DNA of 64,000 bases from an uncultured Thermococci archaeon (GTDB taxonomy: Archaea > Methanobacteriota_B > Thermococci > Methanofastidiosales > B48-G16): NCBI GenBank assembly GCA_964595645.1, contig CAZQQT010000008.1, forward strand, positions 1 through 64,000, written 5' to 3'. How positions within the stretch are numbered: position 1 is the stretch's first letter; each line of letters opens with the position of its first letter. Positions 29,465 to 39,158 of this stretch are shown here, piece after piece. The translations under genes were made by a program, and so were the position numbers. The notes beneath the pieces are model-generated. The model had not been told where the DNA came from, ran no database searches, and saw only the letters and a program-made list of their open reading frames with translations.

Positions 29465-29897
29465 TACATATCTCCTCTATATTCTTTTTCCAATCATTTA
29501 TTTCCTTTCTAATCCTATTATATAAGATTTTTTCATGATGGGGGGCCTCTATTTCCCCGTTTTGAAGTGCAAGCTTCATCAGCTTCTCCATTCTAAGCTC
29601 GATCAATTCCCTCAATGATAACACAAGTTTCCTTTTGTAATCTGTATCTGCTTTTTTAATTGTCATTTCTGCAACATCATAGAAGTTACTATCTAATGAG
29701 TGCAAATCTCTCTTCTTTTTCTCTTCTTGTATCATTCTCTGGTAATATTTGTTATCATGGGTTATTATTTCTACAATTCCTTCTTTTTCAAGAAAAGACG
29801 CTAACCATCGCGGTAAATCTATTGATTTCTCTGATTTTATTGTGTATTTCTTTTTCCCTGTTTCTATAATAGTATTTGTAAGTCCAGTAACTTCCAT
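29454..29897 (-). CDS. gins23: GINS subunit (Gins23-type, B domain first)
   Basis: DLPRWLA..LEKEG near N-terminus, L..LD.NFY, R..KL; overlaps mcm start. Confidence 0.8.
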   Translation of the reverse strand: MEVTGLTNTIIETGKKKYTIKSEKSIDLPRWLASFLEKEGIVEIITHDNKYYQRMIQEEKKKRDLHSLDSNFYDVAEMTIKKADTDYKRKLVLSLRELIELRMEKLMKLALQNGEIEAPHHEKILYNRIRKEINDWKKNIEEICNGD

Positions 29898-29963
29898 AAA
29901 ATAAACTCAGTGATCATTTAATAAATATTGTGGTCCGACTTGGTTTTAAAATTACAGAATATG

Positions 29964-31538
29964 TTAATATTTTTTAGGAGACGATCCTACCCATGTATAT
30001 TTTCCATAACCATCTCTAATCACAAGATCTTTTTTCTTCATCCAATCAAGAAGTTCTTGCAAGTCATTCCTATCGTCAAAGGCTTCAGTAAATTTAATAT
30101 CTTCAAAAATTTCTTTTGTTGTAGAACCAGGATGATTTATTAACATAGTTTGAACAAGAAGGTATCGTGGGCCTGCTTTACTTCTTTTTTTCTTTAGGCT
30201 GTACATGCTATCTTGAATTTGAGGCATCTCAACAAAAATAGTCATATTATCCACTAATAATTCTCTTGCTCTCTTTAAGTGTCTTTTTTTCAATTTTCTT
30301 TTTTCTTCTGCTCTTGCTAGTGACAACGCAACACGATTCATATTATTTCTGAGGGGATATAGTAATGAATTAACCCAATATTCTTTGCTTTCTGGATCGC
30401 CGTGAATATCAGGTAAAAGTATATTTAAATCATCTTTAAGCCTAGAAAATTCTTTTTCATTATTTGTATCCAATACAGGTTTGTTTTGTCTAGAATAAAC
30501 TATTTGTATCCATAAATTTTCGTTGATCGAATTCTTTAGAGTGGGTAAGAAAGTACCATCTAAACGTTTATCTAGGGATCTGGGCAAAGTAACCTCAGTT
30601 GTAGTGTATTCTTTGAACATTTTTTTCAAAGCTTCTAATCTTCCTCTATACGGTTTTAAAGAAGATAATAATGAGAATTCGCCTCTAAATTTTCTCCTTT
30701 CCAAATTCTTTTTCTCTATATTATTATATTTCATTGTATAAAGGCTTGAAAGAATGTTTCTATCTAAGTTTGGCCTTTCTGATAAGTGGAATTTACTACC
30801 ACTTATACCTTGAAAGTTTTTTCCAAAATATACTTTTTTCGGAGGACTTAGCTCTCTATATTCTGGTGGCACCATAATTTGCGTGATTTTTAACAATTCT
30901 TTAGCAAAAGAAGAGTTTTCAGCAAGCGAAGAGAGAGATATGCCACCAATAGATCCATCATAAGGAGCACTTACTATAGGAGATTGTAGGGATAAGGAAA
31001 TCGGGGCGTCTGCTCCCAAAATTTCTTTGAAAATTTTAGATATAATTCTTTTTTCATAATCAACATCTACATATATTCGATCTGATTGCAGAGACTCCCA
31101 TTCCTTTATTACTAAAGCAGATTCAATTTTTTCCATTCTTTCATTAACAAGATGTATTTTTTTAGATTCGGTAATTTCTATTAATCTATAGTCTTTAGGT
31201 TTTTCCACTGAATACGGAATAAGACCTATTAAAAGAATTTGAGGTGAATTGAAAAGTGCTGACAAGCCTATATATTCATAATTCCCATGGTTCGCTATAG
31301 CAGTTTTCCATGTAGCATACAATTTCAATGGCACAACATAAAAAGAGACACTATCCATCTTTTCATTTATACACACTTTTTTAAAATCTTTATACCACTG
31401 TGATGTTTTCTCTATTCTTTTTTGTTCGTAATTCAAAAATTCACAATTTAGATACTGACGTTTCCAAGGATAATTGGTTTCTGTCTTTTTTCTCCATAAA
31501 TAATATTCATCTAATGAAATTTCTCCAATATTGTTCAT
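29964..31538 (-). CDS. Degenerate MCM-like protein (OB-like, inactive AAA+, winged helix)
   Basis: Colinear motifs with neighbouring MCM: SLLSSLKPYRGR vs AILAASNPKYGR; TLPRSLDKRLD vs DLPPTLVSRFD; IVYSRQNKPVL vs VLYAKKNVFPAL; lid and winged-helix segments. Confidence 0.6.
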   Translation of the reverse strand: MNNIGEISLDEYYLWRKKTETNYPWKRQYLNCEFLNYEQKRIEKTSQWYKDFKKVCINEKMDSVSFYVVPLKLYATWKTAIANHGNYEYIGLSALFNSPQILLIGLIPYSVEKPKDYRLIEITESKKIHLVNERMEKIESALVIKEWESLQSDRIYVDVDYEKRIISKIFKEILGADAPISLSLQSPIVSAPYDGSIGGISLSSLAENSSFAKELLKITQIMVPPEYRELSPPKKVYFGKNFQGISGSKFHLSERPNLDRNILSSLYTMKYNNIEKKNLERRKFRGEFSLLSSLKPYRGRLEALKKMFKEYTTTEVTLPRSLDKRLDGTFLPTLKNSINENLWIQIVYSRQNKPVLDTNNEKEFSRLKDDLNILLPDIHGDPESKEYWVNSLLYPLRNNMNRVALSLARAEEKRKLKKRHLKRARELLVDNMTIFVEMPQIQDSMYSLKKKRSKAGPRYLLVQTMLINHPGSTTKEIFEDIKFTEAFDDRNDLQELLDWMKKKDLVIRDGYGKYTWVGSSPKKY

Positions 31539-31625
31539 TTTTCTATCCTTTATTTTTTATAGTCTATCATACACTTTCTTTCCTCTTCCATAAAGTTATT
31601 AACTTATTGGGATATAATATAGTTT

Positions 31626-32879
31626 ATGGTATTCAGATGTCCCCAGTGTGGGAAGGAGTACGATCATATCACGCTCTGCGAGTGTGGATCCCCACTTGTG
31701 GTAGTGCAGGAGAATGGTGAGGTACAGTTTCGAGGGCATGGGGTCTGGCGGTACGCGGATCTTTTACCCATCGAGAAGAAGGTCAGCTTAAACGAGGGAG
31801 GAACACCGGTAACTCATCTTGATGATCTGGATCTTTATATTAAGGATGAGACGAGGAATCCCACCGGGAGTTTCAGAGACAGGGCTGCAACAGTGGTACT
31901 TTCTCACTGCGAGAAGGAAAAAATTGCCTGCGGTTCAAATGGAAACCTTGGAGCCTCTATTGCGGCGTACGCGACCTTCGCAGGAAAAGAAAGTTATTTG
32001 TTCGTCCCCCAGTACGCAGATAGAGGAAAACTACTGCAGATGATGATGTACAATGCCAAGGTGATTCGTGTTGGGGAGATCGTCGATGATCTCGTGGAGC
32101 CGGTACAGGAGGCGTGCAGACTCAACAATTTTTACGATGCCTCGGAGTATAATCCCTATGTGCTGGAGGGACAGAAGACGATTGCCTTCGAACTTTCTGA
32201 AGAGGAACCTTTTGATAATATTGTAGTGCCGGTGGGGAATGGGGGCACTATCTTTTCGATCTATAGAGGGTTCTCTCAGCTGCTCTCTCATGGAATGATA
32301 GATGAGATGCCACGGCTTCTCGGTGTCCAGCCGGAAAATTGCGCGCCGCTGACAGGTAGCACCAGCCCACTTAAAAAGACGGATGCACTTGCACTCTACG
32401 TGAAAAAACCACTTTTCAGAGATTTGGCTACGAAGGCTGTTAAAGAGTCGCAAGGGAAGTTTCTGACTGTTTCAGAGGATGAAATGCATAGAGCACAGGA
32501 TTTCATGGCAAAAAGAAGTATTTTCTGTGAACTGGCTTCTGCAGTGACCGTTGCAGCAGGAAAAAAGTACGAGCTTTCCAGTAACACACTCTGCCTTATT
32601 ACAGGCAGTGGATTAAAATCATTCAATATCACACAGGACCGATTTGGCATTGCAAGTACAAAGGTAGAAATTTTACGTATTCTTGAAGAGAAAAGAAGTT
32701 ATGGATACCAGATATGGAAGGATCTCAACAAGAAGATGAAAATTCAAGCAGTGTATCAGCACCTTCACAGTCTCGAAGAAAAGAACATGATATCCTCTGA
32801 AAAGGAAGGGAGAAAGGTCTACTACTGCATTACAGAGAAAGGAAGAAGATTTTTGGAGGTTTATAAGGAAATTATTTAA
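31626..32879 (+). CDS. Threonine synthase-like PLP-fold protein (Lys to Arg) fused to C-terminal PadR/ArsR-like wHTH
   Basis: Zn ribbon; NPTGSFRDR; PVGNGGT; ITGSGLK; YGYQIWKDL...AVYQHL..LE...YY.ITEKG. Confidence 0.85.
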   Translation: MVFRCPQCGKEYDHITLCECGSPLVVVQENGEVQFRGHGVWRYADLLPIEKKVSLNEGGTPVTHLDDLDLYIKDETRNPTGSFRDRAATVVLSHCEKEKIACGSNGNLGASIAAYATFAGKESYLFVPQYADRGKLLQMMMYNAKVIRVGEIVDDLVEPVQEACRLNNFYDASEYNPYVLEGQKTIAFELSEEEPFDNIVVPVGNGGTIFSIYRGFSQLLSHGMIDEMPRLLGVQPENCAPLTGSTSPLKKTDALALYVKKPLFRDLATKAVKESQGKFLTVSEDEMHRAQDFMAKRSIFCELASAVTVAAGKKYELSSNTLCLITGSGLKSFNITQDRFGIASTKVEILRILEEKRSYGYQIWKDLNKKMKIQAVYQHLHSLEEKNMISSEKEGRKVYYCITEKGRRFLEVYKEII

Positions 32880-33505
32880 AAAAAAGGTGTGAATTTCCTT
32901 TTTAATTTTGATTTTAGGATGGAGTAAGGATTTGTGAGGTTTCCCTCTGCCGTTGTGGTATCATTTTGTATTTCTTTGTAAAGATCCTCCTCGTACACGG
33001 TTACACAGTTTCCTACTTCGTCGATGATGTGCGCATCGGATCCGCCGGTAGGAGCAATGCCACACTCTTCAGCTGCTTTCTTCGCCTTACCATTTACGAA
33101 ATAGTTCCTCCCGTTCAATACTTCGATTCCATCAAAATTGAGCGTTTTTGTGAGGTCACCAACACCCCTCCTGAGGAAATCATACGGATGGGCAGCGACG
33201 GCCAATCCCCCCTGATCGTGGATACGTTCAATGGTTTCCTTAGCAGAAAGACCCCTTGGTATCTCATCACGGATAAAAAGTCCAAGAATATGTCCATCGC
33301 TAGAGGAGACTTCCATTCCTGATATGAGGGTAATATTTCTTTTTTCAGCAAACTCTTTCCCGTTGAAGAATCCATTTAATGTATCATGATCGGTGATAGC
33401 AACGGCGTCCAACCTGATCTTTATCGCGTACTTCAGTATATCCTCTGGAGAATTGACGCCGTCATGGAGCGAATAAAACGAGTGAATATGAAGGTCACAT
33501 TTCAT
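32876..33505 (-). CDS. PHP-domain metal-dependent phosphoesterase
   Basis: DLHIHS, AITDHD, GMEVS, AHP, GGSDAH. Confidence 0.92.
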   Translation of the reverse strand: MKCDLHIHSFYSLHDGVNSPEDILKYAIKIRLDAVAITDHDTLNGFFNGKEFAEKRNITLISGMEVSSSDGHILGLFIRDEIPRGLSAKETIERIHDQGGLAVAAHPYDFLRRGVGDLTKTLNFDGIEVLNGRNYFVNGKAKKAAEECGIAPTGGSDAHIIDEVGNCVTVYEEDLYKEIQNDTTTAEGNLTNPYSILKSKLKRKFTPFF

Positions 33506-33720
33506 AGGATGTCATCTTTGGCCACGTTTAAAATGATTGTGTCCCCCACTTTCTTTACATACTCAGGTTCAATATCGATCTTTTTTTTCATCAGTCCTGG
33601 TCTCACCTGTAGAGCGACGATTCTTCCTTCCTCAAGATCAATTTTAATATCAACAACTTTTCCTACTTTGTTGGCGTTTATATCGAGTACATTTTTGCCT
33701 GTAATCTCAGAGACTTTCAT
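33502..33720 (-). CDS. Small PRC-barrel protein
   Basis: SEITGKNV...VGKVVDI.ID...VKKVGDTIIL. Confidence 0.88.
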   Translation of the reverse strand: MKVSEITGKNVLDINANKVGKVVDIKIDLEEGRIVALQVRPGLMKKKIDIEPEYVKKVGDTIILNVAKDDIL

Positions 33721-33754
33721 ACTTTCACATAGAAAAAGAGATTAATAAATCTTT

Positions 33755-34537
33755 TCATATCTTCTTTTCGAACACAACTCCACGTTCTGCCCAGTCTTCG
33801 TACTCAAATCCCCGTGCAGTGAGTACCGAGATTAACGTTTCATTTCGAGGTACCAATGCCCATAGTTTTGTGTGTCCCCGTTGCGAAGCGAGGGATTGTA
33901 GGGCATCGATGATTTTTTCTCCTTCAAAGTAGACAATTTGAAAATATTCTTCCTCCCACTCTACCTCCTCCACTACAGCATATCCCTCTTCCACTACATA
34001 ACCCTTATTTACTAATTCAGGTGATGCAGTGTAGAAGGTGAAGGAACGGGGGAGGAGATAGTTATTCTGCTTGAGAATCGTGGATTCTTGTAGGTTACTC
34101 CACACCTCACCTTTTTCTATGTCATGGAATTTTTTTCTACCACATTCATCGTCAATTTCTGTGTACATGAGCGTGTACCACGCCTTTTTCTTAAATCCCA
34201 TTCTTTTCACCTGACTACACGCTGCAGTGTTGTCTTCCGAGGTGAAGAGTCGTGCCTTCTTTGCGTTCGCTTCTTCAATGCATTTTTCAGTGAGTTGTGT
34301 TGCAATTCCTTCTCTTCTATGATCTTTGTCAACCCTCATTCCCCCAAGCCATGCCTCTCCGTCCGGTGAATATTTCACATAGTTCATACCGACAATTTCG
34401 TCTTTCACCGCGAGAAAAATGGTTCTCTTTTCAAACCATCCATCTATTACGTCAAGAATGTAATCTTCGGGATCATTCTTCTTTAAAAACTCTTTTATTG
34501 CTGAAGAATCTTCTTTTGTGGCACGGACAAAGTTCAT
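33755..34537 (-). CDS. GNAT family N-acetyltransferase
   Basis: WLGGMRVDKDHRREGIAT acetyl-CoA motif. Confidence 0.88.
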   Translation of the reverse strand: MNFVRATKEDSSAIKEFLKKNDPEDYILDVIDGWFEKRTIFLAVKDEIVGMNYVKYSPDGEAWLGGMRVDKDHRREGIATQLTEKCIEEANAKKARLFTSEDNTAACSQVKRMGFKKKAWYTLMYTEIDDECGRKKFHDIEKGEVWSNLQESTILKQNNYLLPRSFTFYTASPELVNKGYVVEEGYAVVEEVEWEEEYFQIVYFEGEKIIDALQSLASQRGHTKLWALVPRNETLISVLTARGFEYEDWAERGVVFEKKI

Positions 34538-34578
34538 GTATACACTTCAGTCCTGAATATTTTAAAAGATTTCCTTTC

Positions 34579-34666
34579 TATTGCTCATCAATAATGTATA
34601 TCAATGGATATTAATGAAGACCGAAAGCTTTATATAATCGCCCATCTATATTGATTATCAATAATA
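34579..34666 (+). promoter_or_regulatory. BRE-TATA promoter flanked by two TATTGNNNATCAATAAT motifs
   Basis: tattgctcatcaataat (34579), ccgaaagctttatata (34621), tattgattatcaataat (34649). Confidence 0.55.
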
Positions 34667-34687
34667 TACATTATTTGGTGAAACTGC

Positions 34688-35989
34688 ATGAAATGTATGA
34701 GCTTATTTAAAAGAGGAATAGTGTTCCTGGTCATTTTTAGTCTTGTTTTTACCTTTGTTAATATAGAAAATCAATTTGTCAATGCGCAGTCTCAATCTCT
34801 ATACGTTGCTAATTCAGGCTCCGATACTGTCTCCGTTATCGATCCTTCTACGCAGACCGTCATAAAAACGATCCCACTTGCTCCCGGATCTTCTCCATGG
34901 GGCATTGCTGCAACACCCAATGGACGGAAGGTATATGTGGTGAACAGTGGAAACGGTACCGTATCTGTGATCGATGCAAGGAGCGGATCTGTGTACAAAA
35001 CGATCTTTCTGTCTAAAGATTCTTGGCCTAGCAATATCGCAATCACGCCGGATGGGACAAAGGCATTTGTTACGGATAATAACACCAATACCATCTTTGT
35101 GATCGATACCGCCACAGACAGTATTGTTCACTCCTTTATTATCCCTGGATCTCTCAGTGCATGGGATATTGCTATCTCTCCCGATGGCACTACTGTATAT
35201 GTTACCGATGATGGTGCGTCGGGTAACGTGTTTGCGATCGATACGTCCACATACGCACTCCTTGTTCCGCCTATTGCTACTGGTGGCACTGGTGCAGGAA
35301 TTACCGTTACACCCAACGGATCGAAAGTGTATACGGCAAGCCCTCTCGGAAATGGGTTTTCTATTAATACGACTACCTTTGCCGTGGCTCCCATCGTATG
35401 GCCAATACAGCCACCAGTCATAGGACCGTGGGATGTGGCGGTACACCCGAGCGGTGCCTTTGCATATTTCACCGATTCTTTTTTTGGAGGTGGGGGTACA
35501 ACTGTCCTCATTGTCGATACTACAGTAGATACTCAAACAGGGGTAATTTCCGTTCCTCCCGATCCGGTGAAGGTGGTGTTCTCGTCAAATGGTGCAAAGG
35601 CGTATGTCACACACCTCTCTGGCAGTGTCTCCGTGATAGATACAGCCACGCATGCGGTCATAGGAAATATCTCCTTGGGTTCCCAGTCTCAATCTATGGG
35701 AATGGCTTTTGCTCAGACTCCACGAGTACAACGAACGATCAACCCTGTTGCCGCTTTTAAGCCAGTAGTAGTATATCGATTAAGCCATCTTAATACGCAG
35801 TTGGCGTGTATTGAGGCGCATTTATCAGAAGAAGTACCGCAAAATATCCAGGATCTATTGGATGAGATGCAAACGCACATTGATACTGCAAACACGACGA
35901 ATAACACAATCTATGCGAACAACGAGCTGTTAAAGGCACTAGAACTCTCTGAGATCATTCAGGAAGAGATGGGCATTACCTGCTCCTAA
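34688..35989 (+). CDS. Secreted YVTN/YncE beta-propeller protein with C-terminal helical domain
   Basis: Signal peptide; about 7 repeats of P..IA.TP.G..VYV.N...TVSVID. Confidence 0.9.
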   Translation: [433 protein letters not shown]

Positions 35990-36057
35990 CCTCCTTAAAT
36001 AACCACATTTAAGAGTAATGCAAAGGAATAAAAAATCAAAAATATAGATATAAGTAT

Positions 36058-37707
36058 ATGAAAAAAGATGTTTTTACTTTTCTTGTTGGTGGCGAAGCAG
36101 GACATGGTGTTAAAAAAGCTGGAAAAACGGCTGCACAGCTTTTTACCAGCATGAAACGACATATTTTTGAAATGGATGACTATCAGAGCTTAATTAGAGG
36201 TGGTCACAATTTTTCTGTTGTCAGTACGTCCACAAGACCGATCACAAGCCATTATATGAATGTTGATCTTATCGTGGCACTTGACGAGAGGAGCTACGAG
36301 TTGCACAAGAATGAGGTCGTTGAAAATGGTGTTATCGTCTATAATAGTAGTGAAATGGATAAAAGAGAGGGTATTGGTGTTCCCTTCACAGATGAGGCGA
36401 AGAAGTACTCTCGACCCAATTTACGCCTTGGTGTGGGTGCCTTTGCTGTGCTTACTGCCGCACTCAACGTAGACGAGGAAAAACTCAGCGGGATCATTGA
36501 AGCTGAGTATCCCGATCCAGAAAACAACCGAGCCTATGCTGAGACTATCTACAATGAGGTCCATCCAGCAGTAGGAGATACATTTGCATTAGATGAAGGA
36601 GACAAACAACGTCCAATCCTCACGGGTAACCAGGCAATGGGATTGGGCGCTGGAGCCGCAGGACTAGACACGTACTTCGCCTATCCCATGACTCCTGCAT
36701 CTCCACTTCTCCATTACCTCGCTGCACATAAAGATGATCTAGGCATTGCCGTTGTCCATCCTGAGAATGAGATTGCCGTGATCAATATGGCGATTGGTGC
36801 AGCGTTTGCTGGGGCAAGAGCTATGGTCGGGACCAGTGGTGGAGGATTCGCACTGATGGAGGAGGCGTTCTCTCTTGCAGGCATGGCAGAGGTACCACTT
36901 CTCTGCGTACTCTCTTCACGACCCGGTCCTTCTACTGGTGTACCCACATACACTGAGCAGGGTGACTTACAGTTCGCACTTCACCAAGGACACGGTGATT
37001 TTCCACGTGTTGTTGCATCACCTGGCAGTGTAGAGGAAGCGTTCCATCTGACTGCGCAGATGCTGAGTATTGTCTGGCAGTTCCAGATTCCGGGTATCAT
37101 ACTTACAGAGAAACATCTGGCGGAGAGTGCAATGACTGTGGATATTGATGTGGGGGATGTTGCATGGGTTGAGCCACAGATGCATGAAGGAGGCAAGTAC
37201 ACACGATACCGTGATACAGAAACAGGAGTGTCCCCTCTGCTGTTCCCTCCTTCCAAAGAACTGATCAAATGGAACAGCTATGAACACGATGAATTAGGAA
37301 TCACCACTGAAAGCTCAGAACGTATTACACAGATGCATGAAAAACGGTGTAGAAAACGTGAGGCGCTCGTTGACCACATGGAGGACCTCCACACAGTGAA
37401 TGTATATGGTGAGAGGGGACCAACGATTTTCACGTACGGATCGAGCACGTTAAGTGTGCTGGAAGCTCTTCGCAAGAGCGATCTCGAGGCAACCATAGTT
37501 CAACCTATTTATCTAGAACCATTTCCTGTATGGGAGCTAGAAAAATATGAGAAAGAGGGAATCATTGTTGAACAGAGCTGTGCGGGACAGTTTGCATCGT
37601 TATTGAAAGAACGAGCAGAGATTATGCCAACTGCAGTAATCAGAAGGTACGATGGACGACCATTCAATCCTCCCGACCTCGCGAAAAACTTGCAAGAGGC
37701 GATGTGA
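36058..37707 (+). CDS. 2-oxoacid:acceptor oxidoreductase alpha subunit (gamma-alpha fusion)
   Basis: GGEAGHGV, SLIRGGHN, AYPMTPAS, ENEIA, TSGGGF.LM.E, RPGPSTGVPT. Confidence 0.95.
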   Translation: MKKDVFTFLVGGEAGHGVKKAGKTAAQLFTSMKRHIFEMDDYQSLIRGGHNFSVVSTSTRPITSHYMNVDLIVALDERSYELHKNEVVENGVIVYNSSEMDKREGIGVPFTDEAKKYSRPNLRLGVGAFAVLTAALNVDEEKLSGIIEAEYPDPENNRAYAETIYNEVHPAVGDTFALDEGDKQRPILTGNQAMGLGAGAAGLDTYFAYPMTPASPLLHYLAAHKDDLGIAVVHPENEIAVINMAIGAAFAGARAMVGTSGGGFALMEEAFSLAGMAEVPLLCVLSSRPGPSTGVPTYTEQGDLQFALHQGHGDFPRVVASPGSVEEAFHLTAQMLSIVWQFQIPGIILTEKHLAESAMTVDIDVGDVAWVEPQMHEGGKYTRYRDTETGVSPLLFPPSKELIKWNSYEHDELGITTESSERITQMHEKRCRKREALVDHMEDLHTVNVYGERGPTIFTYGSSTLSVLEALRKSDLEATIVQPIYLEPFPVWELEKYEKEGIIVEQSCAGQFASLLKERAEIMPTAVIRRYDGRPFNPPDLAKNLQEAM

Positions 37708-38544
37708 ATGAATGATCTCGGTACCTACGCAGAGAATACATGGTGTCCCGGCTGCGGCAACTTCGGTATCCTCAATGCATTTAAACGTGCGGTGAAAACA
37801 CTGGAGAAAGAAGGAATCGGAAGGGAAAAAATTGCTATCTCCACAGGTATTGGCTGTCACGGAAAGATCTTTGATTACCTCCATCTTAATGGGCTGTACT
37901 CTATTCATGGACGTTCAATGGCAACAGTCCAAGGAATGAAAATAGCAAATCCCGAGCTGCGCGTGATTGCTTTTGCTGGCGATGGCGATGCCTTTGGTGA
38001 AGGTATTGCACACCTCCTATTTGCAGCGAAGAGAAACGCTAATATCACAGTAATTGTCCATGACAATGGCGTCTACGGGCTCACTACAGGTCAATTTACA
38101 CCCACCAGTGAGAAGGGATTCAAAGGCCCCTCTACGCCCAAGGGAAGCATTGAAGAGCCGCTGAATCCACTGTCGCTCATGCTGGAGACGGGCGCTACTT
38201 TTGTGGCGAGGGGGTACCCTGGAAAGCTAGGCCATCTTGCCGATCTTATGACAGAGGCAGTACAGCACGAGGGATTCTCCTTTGTTGATGTACTTCAACC
38301 TTGTGTGACCTTCCATAACACCTACGAAAAATACAATGACCTGGTCGAGGTTTTAGATCGTACACCAGAAAGTTACGACGATGCCATGAAGGCTGCCAAA
38401 CGTGAGGACAGATTACCCATTGGGATATTGTATAAGAAGAAAAAGCCTGTCTTCCATCGAGAGCTGTACGGCGATTGGAACCCGGTGAAGAACAAACTCT
38501 TCAAGGAGGAAAGAAGGAAGAAAATTAAGGAGTTATTGAAATAA
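37708..38544 (+). CDS. 2-oxoacid:ferredoxin oxidoreductase beta subunit
   Basis: WCPGCGNFGI, GIGC, GDGD TPP motif, DNGVYGLTTGQ, QPCVTF. Confidence 0.95.
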   Translation: MNDLGTYAENTWCPGCGNFGILNAFKRAVKTLEKEGIGREKIAISTGIGCHGKIFDYLHLNGLYSIHGRSMATVQGMKIANPELRVIAFAGDGDAFGEGIAHLLFAAKRNANITVIVHDNGVYGLTTGQFTPTSEKGFKGPSTPKGSIEEPLNPLSLMLETGATFVARGYPGKLGHLADLMTEAVQHEGFSFVDVLQPCVTFHNTYEKYNDLVEVLDRTPESYDDAMKAAKREDRLPIGILYKKKKPVFHRELYGDWNPVKNKLFKEERRKKIKELLK

Positions 38545-38555
38545 GGCGGATACGG

Positions 38556-39113
38556 ATGAGTGTAAAGGATGTGATAAAGAAGAGACGGGCGTATCGCTCC
38601 CTCGAACGTACAAAAATAACAGAGGAAATAATACGAGATTTAGCAGAATGTGCACAGCTGGTGTCTTTATGTTTTAACAACCAACCGTGACGGTTCGTGT
38701 TTGTCTGCAATGACAAAAAATTAAGAGAACTTCACGAAGCATTTTCACAGGGCGATGAGTGGGCGCAAAAAGCATCAATGATTATTGCAGTGTACAGTAT
38801 GAAGGAGTACGATTGTAACATTCGAGATAGAGCGTATTATCTCTTCGATACGGGTATGGCCATTGTATTTATACTATTGAGAGCCACTGAACTTGGACTT
38901 GCTGCTCATCCCATTGCAGGGTACAGCCCGAAGAAGGTAAAAAGGATTCTGGGTATCCCGGAGGATAGGAAGGTCATTACATTAGTAATCGGGGGGAACA
39001 GATCAAAAGAGATAAGTTCGGTGCTTTCCGAGAAGCAAAGAGAGGCAGAGCAAGTACGTCCGCTACGGAAGGAGATCAACGAGTTCATCCATATTGATGA
39101 GTACAAAAAATAA
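38556..39113 (+). pseudogene. Nitroreductase family gene with in-frame TGA at 38688
   Basis: MSVKDVIKKRRAYRSL...CFNNQP-stop-RFVFV continues in frame into the 38697 ORF (DTGMA..LRATELGL..HPIAGY). Confidence 0.85.
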
Positions 39114-39158
39114 TATTTCACGTAAAATTTAAATATTCTTATTACTAGAGACATGTGT

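Noticed and set aside
38688-38690. TGA as selenocysteine or genetic-code reassignment
   Set aside because: Position is a conserved Trp rather than Cys, neighbouring motifs are decayed, and TGA is a normal stop elsewhere (e.g. rpl39e).
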